From: Candidatus Hermodarchaeota archaeon | GTDB lineage: Archaea; Asgardarchaeota; Heimdallarchaeia; Hodarchaeales; Hodarchaeaceae | Assembly (NCBI GenBank): GCA_048886185.1 | Contig: JBHLKY010000024.1 | Coordinates: forward strand, 47,162-53,481 | Reading direction: 5' to 3' | Length of the DNA stretch: 6,320 nt | Shown here: in pieces, positions 1-6,320 of the stretch | How the letters are laid out: every line of letters starts with the position of its first letter | Position numbering within the stretch: position 1 is the first letter of the stretch | The notes under the pieces: generated by a model | Told to the model about the DNA's origin: nothing | What the model saw: only the letters and a program-made list of their open reading frames with translations | Database searches by the model: none | Made by a program: the position numbers and the translations under genes

Positions 1-1698
1 AGTTTTGGTTTGTCTATCGATGACAACTACCACAGTTACAATGAAGAATAAAACGCTCCCGAGGCTTAACAGCTGAAGATAAGGGAGAAGAGGCTCAAGT
101 TGATTAGATGTATTGATTCTAGTTTCTGAGTGATTAGTTGCAACTAAATCAAATTGGATATAAGCAGCTGCTGTATCCTTTGTAATAAATCCAGAAGAAT
201 CAGTAGCGATAACACGTAAAAGATAGTTGTATTGGGCTGGGGAGATGAATCCAACCTCCCATAGGTAGCTATAACATTTGAATCCGTTCCAGTCCTCAGT
301 CTCATCAGATGCCGTATAAGATTGAATGCTAAGGAGATCCCATGATTCTCCAGCATTTGATGAGTAAAAAACAGAGTAAGTGATCTCTTGATTAAATGTA
401 TCATTTACTCTTTTCCATCGAATAACTACTTGATTTGTGAAGACTTCTCCCTCATTAGGTGTGAGTATAATTGGCTTTGTTAAGTGATTTGGAGTCATAG
501 CTAGAGATATATCCATGTTCTGAGCAGTTCCATCTATTGGATAGCTATCCATGTCTACTTCATTATTTTGTAACTGCCAATAATTACCTATAAAGTTATT
601 ATCTCTACCTTGATCATATGCTTGTGAAAATCCGTTTGGATTATTATCTAAAAAATCATTACTCTCTATCCGATTATAGCACGACGTCGGGTTTATGTAA
701 ACACCATGTTTATGATTATGATAGATCAAATTATTCATTATTGTATTATTATTTGATGGTTTAGCTGATAAATAAGGAGAATCTCCTACCACAATACCTA
801 TAGTGTTTGTATGGATCTTATTATGCTCAATTCTAACATTATAGCAATCTCTGAGTTTTATTCCTGAAATTGCTTTAGATATGTCATTATTTGTTATAAA
901 TGCGTTTCTAACATTTTCTAAAGAGATTCCAGTTCTTCCACCAGTTATAACGCAATTGTTAATATAAAAATATCTTTCTGTATTCTTAACTTCAATGTAC
1001 CTCTTTATTGAATCAATAATGGTATCATTAATAATGTATGGATCAATTATTGTACCTGTCCCTTGCCACCGTTCAAAGGAAGCAACATAAGTGAAAAATG
1101 CATTACTATCAATTGGAAAGACATCGAGTTCCAATTCGTTTAAGAAGTACTTCTTGGTGGTGTAAGCATTGAATAGACGGTCTGAAAACCAATAAGTATC
1201 AGATTCTACATATTCGATCTCGACCCATGATACTCGAAAAGAGAGAGGGTCATTACTAGAGAAGAATGTTTTATGAATTATGGGAGTTTCAAACGAAACA
1301 TTAACGATTTTAATTCCTGGATCCATACTGAAATGAAATGATTCTGAAAAAGATTGTAGATTTCTTGAAATTTCGATATATAGAAAAAAGTATTGTTTGA
1401 GAGTAATATTAATCTCTATTGCAATAACCAGAAAGTCATAGCGGTTATCAGAATCCGTGTCCAATCCATAATCCCAAAAATTTCCAGTAAACAATACTGG
1501 AGGGGAATCAAGTTCGTTAGTTTTATAGTTTGGGCCTAGAGAATGAAACCCATTTTTTAATTGCTTCTTCATCACAGTTTTTGATAAATTAAACACTTTT
1601 TCTTGAAAGACTAATCCTGAAACTCCCACATTTATACTAATAATAAGAACGATCAACAAGAAGGAGTTAATGTGTTTTACTCTCCTTTCAGCTTCCAT
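1..1698 (-). CDS. Membrane-anchored surface glycoprotein with right-handed parallel beta-helix (NosD/CASH-like) and Ig/FN3-like domains; 3'-partial, at least 566 aa
   Basis: Manual translation shows an open frame from ATG at 1698 to base 1 with no stop, and GAAGGGG lies shortly upstream. N-terminal hydrophobic segment SFLLIVLIISINVGVSGLVF; FTGNFWDYGLDTDSDNRYDFL motif; GTGTIIDPYII followed by beta-helix repeats (GISLENVRNAFITNNDI, GIKLRDCYNVRIEHNKI, NNTIMNNLIYHN, GNYW); beta-sandwich-like region KPIILTPNEGE...YSVFYSSNAGESW...YLLRVIATDSSG; TM helix LLPYLQLLSLGSVLFFIVTVVVI followed by DRQTKT at the window edge. Eight N-X-S/T sequons. Confidence 0.92.
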   Translation of the reverse strand, partial: MEAERRVKHINSFLLIVLIISINVGVSGLVFQEKVFNLSKTVMKKQLKNGFHSLGPNYKTNELDSPPVLFTGNFWDYGLDTDSDNRYDFLVIAIEINITLKQYFFLYIEISRNLQSFSESFHFSMDPGIKIVNVSFETPIIHKTFFSSNDPLSFRVSWVEIEYVESDTYWFSDRLFNAYTTKKYFLNELELDVFPIDSNAFFTYVASFERWQGTGTIIDPYIINDTIIDSIKRYIEVKNTERYFYINNCVITGGRTGISLENVRNAFITNNDISKAISGIKLRDCYNVRIEHNKIHTNTIGIVVGDSPYLSAKPSNNNTIMNNLIYHNHKHGVYINPTSCYNRIESNDFLDNNPNGFSQAYDQGRDNNFIGNYWQLQNNEVDMDSYPIDGTAQNMDISLAMTPNHLTKPIILTPNEGEVFTNQVVIRWKRVNDTFNQEITYSVFYSSNAGESWDLLSIQSYTASDETEDWNGFKCYSYLWEVGFISPAQYNYLLRVIATDSSGFITKDTAAAYIQFDLVATNHSETRINTSNQLEPLLPYLQLLSLGSVLFFIVTVVVVIDRQTKT

Positions 1699-1736
1699 TC
1701 TTGAATCAATCCCCTTCTGAATTCCATTGAGTAATT

Positions 1737-1755
1737 TAAGATTTAAAAAATCTTA
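1737..1755 (-). promoter_or_regulatory. Candidate TATA box (TTTTTTAAAT on minus strand) inside a perfect 8-bp inverted repeat
   Basis: TAAGATTT-aaa-AAATCTTA. The TATA-like core (1750..1741) is about 43-52 nt upstream of the ATG at 1698, which fits a short leader containing the GAAGGGG site. Confidence 0.35.
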
Positions 1756-1877
1756 CATGATTACAATTCTCATGAATTTTTACATCAGATTATGAAGGAG
1801 ACGTTTAATAACCAAATCTGTGATTTTCCTAGGTATTTTGACAGTAATGAATGACTTTGAATCGTTAATGAATGCTT

Positions 1878-2483
1878 TTACTTTTTTGAGAAATAATTAA
1901 CATCCACCCAACCAACGAATATTCCCCCCAACAGTCCGAAAAGGTGGGAGACAAAATTAGTATCCTGACCTATTGTGATTAAAAAGAATATAATTAGCAG
2001 GTAGAGAGACTGTCGCCTTTCATGTTTTGTTTTACTCTGAACCAAATAAGATATGATACCTAACAACCCAAAAATCGCTCCTGACGCCCCAACAGAGTTC
2101 ATAGAGATACCTAGCAAGAACCAAAGTAGTGATGCCACATTACCGATAAAACCACAAATGATGAATCCGAAAATTAGAAGTGAAGCTGATTTTAATTCTT
2201 CTAACCGGATCCCGAAGATGATCAGGAATAACACGTTAGACACAAGATGAACAACATTCGCATGAATGAACATTGCACTAAACAAACGGTAAAATTCTCC
2301 TTGGAATATTTTTTCATTCTCTCCAAATAGCTGTAAGACTTCAGGAGATTGTATAAAAAGATTATAAGGAAAGAGTACCATACCTACAATATATACAACA
2401 ATTATTAAAATAGATAAGAGAATGGTTGCTGGAAACAATAGAAAACCGCCCGAAATACCATTTCTATGGAAATTTTTTCTCAA
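1878..2483 (-). CDS. Rhomboid family intramembrane serine protease (GlpG-like), 201 aa
   Basis: Multiple TM segments; loop motif GEFYRLFSAMFIH; HLVSN motif; catalytic GASG (Ser codon 2084..2082); catalytic His in SHLFGLLGG (codon 1946..1944). TTG start preceded by GGTGA (2495..2491) at 7-nt spacing. Confidence 0.95.
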   Translation of the reverse strand: MRKNFHRNGISGGFLLFPATILLSILIIVVYIVGMVLFPYNLFIQSPEVLQLFGENEKIFQGEFYRLFSAMFIHANVVHLVSNVLFLIIFGIRLEELKSASLLIFGFIICGFIGNVASLLWFLLGISMNSVGASGAIFGLLGIISYLVQSKTKHERRQSLYLLIIFFLITIGQDTNFVSHLFGLLGGIFVGWVDVNYFSKK

Positions 2484-3139
2484 AGACTAATCACCATAAT
2501 CTATTCTATTAATTCTGTAAGACTATCTAATGGTATGTTTTCAGCGAAATTATGAATAAAATTGTTCCATATCTTGATAAGCAACCATAGGTTATTAAAG
2601 TTTCTTGAAACTACAATCAGACTCGTAAAATTTTTCTTATTAGAATTAAATTCCTTTTATTTTTGTTTGATCTGGATTTAGTTGATAGTTTGGGATTAAA
2701 TATTACATTTCGAACCTCGCTTTCGAAAATTATGTTAACAGTATAGAATTCAGTCATCGGAAATTATGTTTTTGATAAGCATGACTTGTATAGGGAGAAA
2801 TATTAAATGGAGGAAACTATTCTAAAGTTGTTAAAAAGCTGAATAAATCAACGAATGTTTGTGCTGGATGGTCAAGCTCTTTAAGAAATCAGTCCAAAAG
2901 GAAACAACAACTTTTAAGTTTAATTAAGCCTTATAATTAAAGAAATTACCACTGTAAGATTATACTCATGTCATTCATGCATTTCATAAGGGATTAATGG
3001 AATTAAATCACTGCTGAAAAGAATCCTTAATGGAGAACTATATTTCATTTCATATTTTTAATCAGATCTCACAAGAACTCAACTTACAGAAGTTTCGTCA
3101 GTGTAAGATCCCAAACATGTCCTCAATTAAGACCTCATT

Positions 3140-3376
3140 TTATTCAAGTGAGTTAAAACCAAGTGAGTTTGAAAACACCTCTAGGATTAAAAAGATCGAG
3201 ATCGAGGGACCTCCTCGAGAGGAGACATCACCTGCATCCTCAATACTACCATCCCAAACAATATCTGTTCCACCTGCTACTGCTACTCCCCTACCAATTC
3301 AATGAGTTCCTAAAATTACCTTTTCAGAAACTGCTTCAGTTTCAACAAGTACTACCCTGATATCCTCTAACCACAA
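3140..3376 (-). pseudogene. Possible degraded coding remnant or unannotated small CDS with one in-frame TGA
   Basis: Frame from TTG at 3376 to TAA at 3142..3140 reads LWLEDIRVVLVETEAVSEKVILGTH*IGRGVAVAGGTDIVWDGSIEDAGDVSSRGGPSISIFLILEVFSNSLGFNSLE. It is rich in GNN codons and visibly more GC-rich than flanking DNA. Family not identified; the plus-strand ORF 3030..3305 is an alternative reading. Confidence 0.3.
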
Positions 3377-3474
3377 CGGGAGAGTGGTAGAGCTACAGGG
3401 ATGGCGATTTTAAGGCAATAGATGATCAAAGAACTTGAGAAAATCCGAACCATTATCCCAGATTAAAACTGATG

Positions 3475-3494
3475 AAAAAACAGTGGAGAAAAAA
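3475..3494 (-). terminator. Oligo-T tracts directly after the Fe-S gene stop (archaeal-type intrinsic terminator candidate)
   Basis: Minus strand reads TAA-TTTTTT-CTCCACTG-TTTTTT. Confidence 0.45.
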
Positions 3495-4631
3495 TTATAT
3501 TTTCATCCTTAATTTCATCTTGATTCCAGTCTTAAGGGTGTTTATAGGCCCTAATTTCTTAATCAATATTTTTCTGTAAAGCTCATACTGATTTTTGGGT
3601 GGGATAACAATTTTATTCTTTTTCTTTAATATTATGGCTTTATTTGGACATTTATTAATACAAATCCCACACCCAATACAGCGATCTAGGTCTACAGAGG
3701 TTTTCCCATTTTTAAGAACTAATGCTTCCATTTGACAATGCTTCAGACAGCTAGCACAGCCTTTGCAGTTGTTTGAGTTAATTTTTGCGTGATAATTCGA
3801 TGAGAAGAGCTGAGACGGCTTAGAATAGGTCTTTGCCATACTCAATACCCCGCAACAATCGCCACAGCAGCAGCAAATGAATTTGGGATCCAGAGTATTC
3901 TCAGGTTGGATCACTAAACTAGCTTTTTCTGCTTGCTCTAAAATTTCTAGTACTTCCTCTTTTGAAACTGGACGACTGATTTCCAATTTCCTAAAATACG
4001 AAGTGGGATTAGGAAAGAGGATACAAGTTTCTCGAATTTCGGTAACCTGACATCTCGTTCCAATAAGATCTTTCCCTTGTTTACAGATACAATTCATTAC
4101 TCCAAATTCCCCATCGGTTTGTTTTATGATATTTCGTATGTCATCATAAATAGCAATTGGGTGATTAGTGGGTAAACTTTTCCCAATTGGTACAGGCCGT
4201 AGTTGAGGGATTTTGGTTCTATAAAACTCATCTTTAAATCCAGAATAGAGATAATTCTCACAGTTTTCAAAAAATCCTTTTGTCATACGATCGACTTGAT
4301 ATTCAAACATACCTATCGCAAATTGAAGATAACCATAGGCCTTCTTGCCATCTTTTTCTTTAGCTCTTATTACTCCTTTTAGAGCCAATCTTTCTAAAGT
4401 TGTTTCCACATCCTCTAAGGATATGGTTGGATGGGATTTCTTGATCCGTTGATAGATCTTATTGACAGATTCAGTGATGATGTTTAAATGCAAAGCTATT
4501 TGAGCTTCATCAGGAGTAAATAATTGCATTAAGATGTGAATTTCGACTCCTGATTCCGTAGAAGGGAAGCCAATAGGCATTTTATTTATTTGTTCTCGTA
4601 ATTTAGCATATACTTCATCATTAACGGTCAT
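3495..4631 (-). CDS. 4Fe-4S dicluster domain-containing iron-sulfur protein, 378 aa, function unknown
   Basis: Two C-terminal ferredoxin motifs (CKGCASCLKHC, CIGCGICINKC); additional Cys motifs NCIC-x9-C-x8-C and ICCCCGDCC; N-terminus MPIGFPSTESGVEIHILMQLFTPDEAQIAL recalled as typical of a family of uncharacterised Fe-S proteins from anaerobes; ATG start, TAA stop. Confidence 0.9.
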   Translation of the reverse strand: MTVNDEVYAKLREQINKMPIGFPSTESGVEIHILMQLFTPDEAQIALHLNIITESVNKIYQRIKKSHPTISLEDVETTLERLALKGVIRAKEKDGKKAYGYLQFAIGMFEYQVDRMTKGFFENCENYLYSGFKDEFYRTKIPQLRPVPIGKSLPTNHPIAIYDDIRNIIKQTDGEFGVMNCICKQGKDLIGTRCQVTEIRETCILFPNPTSYFRKLEISRPVSKEEVLEILEQAEKASLVIQPENTLDPKFICCCCGDCCGVLSMAKTYSKPSQLFSSNYHAKINSNNCKGCASCLKHCQMEALVLKNGKTSVDLDRCIGCGICINKCPNKAIILKKKNKIVIPPKNQYELYRKILIKKLGPINTLKTGIKMKLRMKI

Positions 4632-5213
4632 TAGATTTTAACTCTTTGAATTCTAATGAAATTACTATACATTCTTAACTGCTCGTAATATTGAATGAGG
4701 ATTTTCCTCTCTATACTTATATGTGTCGCGGGGGTCTTGAATATCTCTCACATACAGTATCAGGTGATTCTATTATGGTAAATCCTAGATGGTGGCTTGT
4801 ATTAACTAATAAATTTGATCTGAACAATGTAAGTGCCTCTTATTAATCAAAACATCTTTATCCTCATTTTAAACGATATATTTCTTATTAGCAAATCTCA
4901 TGATACCATGGTAATATCTTTTTTCCCGACGTTATTGATTATTAGATGAATAAATTTACCATTGCTAATTGATACCCTTCCACTTTAATTAGTTTGTATA
5001 GAACTTATAATCTAACAAGCATACAACCTTTCTCATTTAAAAGATTCTTTTATTAAACTCTATCAAATTAAATTCAGCATTAAATCTATCCTATATCCGA
5101 CAAAATTAATGGTCACCTTAACAATCAGGCGTATTTCCTCGTTATCACTAACCCTTTAATAGGAGAAGATGTTTTTTTACTCTGTACTCGTAACCAACCC
5201 ACAGTGATTTAGT

Positions 5214-5342
5214 ATGCTCCGTGTCGAGACTATGGAAGATGAACGTCTTCTCTTCAGTATTATTACTCCGGAGATTCCTAAGCAAGTCAAAGATAAATTG
5301 TTGGATGCCATTGAGCAGTTTGAGGAGCAACGTTCAATCTGA
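5214..5342 (+). CDS. Candidate small hypothetical protein, 42 aa (MLRVETMEDERLLFSIITPEIPKQVKDKLLDAIEQFEEQRSI)
   Basis: ATG at 5214 preceded by SD-like GTGAT (5204-5208); TATA-like TTTAATA near 5155; protein-like composition with an amphipathic C-terminal helix pattern; locally raised GC. Below the ORF track's apparent size cutoff. Confidence 0.4.
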   Translation: MLRVETMEDERLLFSIITPEIPKQVKDKLLDAIEQFEEQRSI

Positions 5343-5427
5343 AAATCTGTATTTAGGAATTAAATAGGGCTGTTTTTGCATTAGTCTCCTCCTAAGTGGT
5401 CTTATATCGTCAAGTAATCCTCGGATT

Positions 5428-5455
5428 AAATGAATGCGAAATTATTCATTTTTTT
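5428..5455 (+). terminator. Hairpin followed by T-tract, between the small ORF and the convergent TrmB gene
   Basis: AAATGAAT-gcgaaatt-ATTCATTT (8-bp arms) running into a T-run. Confidence 0.3.
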
Positions 5456-5621
5456 ATAATCCATTAAGAAAAGAGAACATTTCCCTTTTTAGCTAACATT
5501 AGCGATAAATTTAATATTCTTTAAGAATAGCTCCATCCCCAAACGGGGTGTTGAAAAGATTTAGCAAACTTTTCTATCATAATTATCTTCCATATGCAAT
5601 TAATTTCCATTTAAATCGAAT

Positions 5622-6320
5622 TCAGCTTTCAACCACATTTGAATCGCTGAAGAATGAAGCAATATTAATTAAACTTGTATCAGAAGTCCAGATGGCGTAT
5701 ACATTAGGGGAGGTCCAATTTGTTACAGAAAGTAAATAATTCTGGTCAATCATTAAGTAAAAGCAATCACAGCACCTTTTGCAGATAGTCAGTGGTAGTT
5801 CAGGTATTCGTGTTGATTCTTCTCTTAGTTTACTTATTGAAAATTGACATAAACCTGCATTAATCTCAATTCCAGAAGCTTGTAGTTCTAGTAAGACAGG
5901 TTCAAAATCAAAGTATAGCTTAGGGCTTGGAAATCGAATGAGTATCTCTTTCTCAACTCTTGATAACTCATGGTGTATTTTACTCATAATATATTTCTTC
6001 CCTTTAATAATAAAGGCCATGGCAGAAGGAATTGAAGCAGTTGAGTCATATAATGGAGTTAATCGAATGTTAAGCTCTTTAATCGTTTCCTTTTTTTTAT
6101 TAAAATCTTTAACTAAGAGTTCTTGAAGGTTATGAAGTCCTTCAGCTAATGGAACGACAATGTAATGTTTTGGAGAAGTATTTAACACTATTATTAGTCC
6201 CATTTGTTCAAGCTCACTCAATATATTGTATATTCTTGAGTTTTTTACTCCTGTTGCACTACAAAGATCACTTGCAGTAGCCTCTTTCTTTTTCACTAAT
6301 TCTAAAAAGACTCGAGCTTG
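5622..6320 (-). CDS. TrmB family transcriptional regulator (winged HTH plus C-terminal effector domain); 5'-partial
   Basis: HTH signature ATASDLCSATGVKNSRIYNILSELEQMGLI...PKHY. The frame stays open upstream of the GTG at 6296 to the window edge (QARVFLELVKKKE), matching the usual TrmB first helix, so the true start is outside the window. C-terminal domain has the YLMIDQ...AIWT pattern. TGA stop at 5624..5622. Confidence 0.9.
   Translation of the reverse strand, partial: QARVFLELVKKKEATASDLCSATGVKNSRIYNILSELEQMGLIIVLNTSPKHYIVVPLAEGLHNLQELLVKDFNKKKETIKELNIRLTPLYDSTASIPSAMAFIIKGKKYIMSKIHHELSRVEKEILIRFPSPKLYFDFEPVLLELQASGIEINAGLCQFSISKLREESTRIPELPLTICKRCCDCFYLMIDQNYLLSVTNWTSPNVYAIWTSDTSLINIASFFSDSNVVES

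Noticed and set aside
144-404. 86-aa minus-strand ORF in the track
   Set aside because: Alternative frame lying inside the much longer 1..1698 CDS on the same strand.
1717-1740. Translates on the minus strand as LKLLNGIQ, identical to residues 3-10 of ORF 5148..5330, with synonymous-looking differences
   Set aside because: The 1717..1740 copy is upstream of the surface-protein ATG, has an in-frame TAA shortly upstream with no start codon, and overlaps the probable promoter. Similarity does not extend. Treated as coincidence.
2053-2250. 65-aa plus-strand ORF
   Set aside because: Antisense shadow of the rhomboid gene.
2792-2842. AGGGAG followed by 11-aa ORF MEETILKLLKS (2807..2842)
   Set aside because: Too short to distinguish from chance.
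3145-3206. Short direct repeats CAAGTGAGTT x2 and AGATCG tandem
   Set aside because: Only two short copies; not a CRISPR array or a meaningful repeat region.
3163-3360. 65-aa plus-strand ORF (MSLKTPLG...)
   Set aside because: Leu/His/Gln-rich composition typical of an off-frame reading; no RBS or recognisable motif.
4697-5052. Short palindromes GAGGA-TTT-TCCTC (4697..4709) and TAAAAGA-T-TCTTTTA (5038..5052) as TrmB operators
   Set aside because: Short or AT-only arms expected by chance; they share no consensus with each other or with the 1737..1755 repeat.
5143-5159. TATCAC half-site of the Thermococcales TGM motif (TATCAC-N5-GTGATA)
   Set aside because: The second half-site is absent.
5148-5330. 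60-aa minus-strand ORF
   Set aside because: TTG start without a clear SD; the opposite-strand 42-aa ORF has better start signals and composition. Not fully excluded.
5548-6126. Plus-strand ORFs 5548..5739 and 5938..6126
   Set aside because: Largely or wholly antisense to the TrmB gene.
1-6320. Genome-wide TGA reassignment, prompted by several intergenic frames interrupted by TGA
   Set aside because: The four long genes contain no in-frame TGA, the surface protein uses TGG for all nine Trp residues, and TrmB ends plausibly at TGA.

Overview
AT-rich window, probably archaeal: it has a TrmB regulator and GGTGA-type ribosome-binding sites, and the surface-protein architecture suggests an Asgard lineage (inference only). 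There are four solid genes, all on the minus strand. (1) 1..1698 is a large surface glycoprotein the ORF track missed because its stop lies outside the window: signal/TM segment, DxDxDN motif domain, NosD-like beta-helix, Ig/FN3-like domain, then a second TM helix. (2) 1878..2483 is a rhomboid intramembrane serine protease with intact catalytic motifs. (3) 3495..4631 is a 19-Cys iron-sulfur protein. (4) 5622..>6320 is a TrmB-family regulator, 5'-truncated by the window, carrying an unusual CxxCCxC motif. The most interesting leads are a possible rhomboid/substrate pair, a possibly metal- or redox-sensing TrmB near the Fe-S gene, a coding-like remnant with an in-frame TGA (3140..3376), and a candidate 42-aa small protein. 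No CRISPR array, RNA gene or mobile element was recognised.
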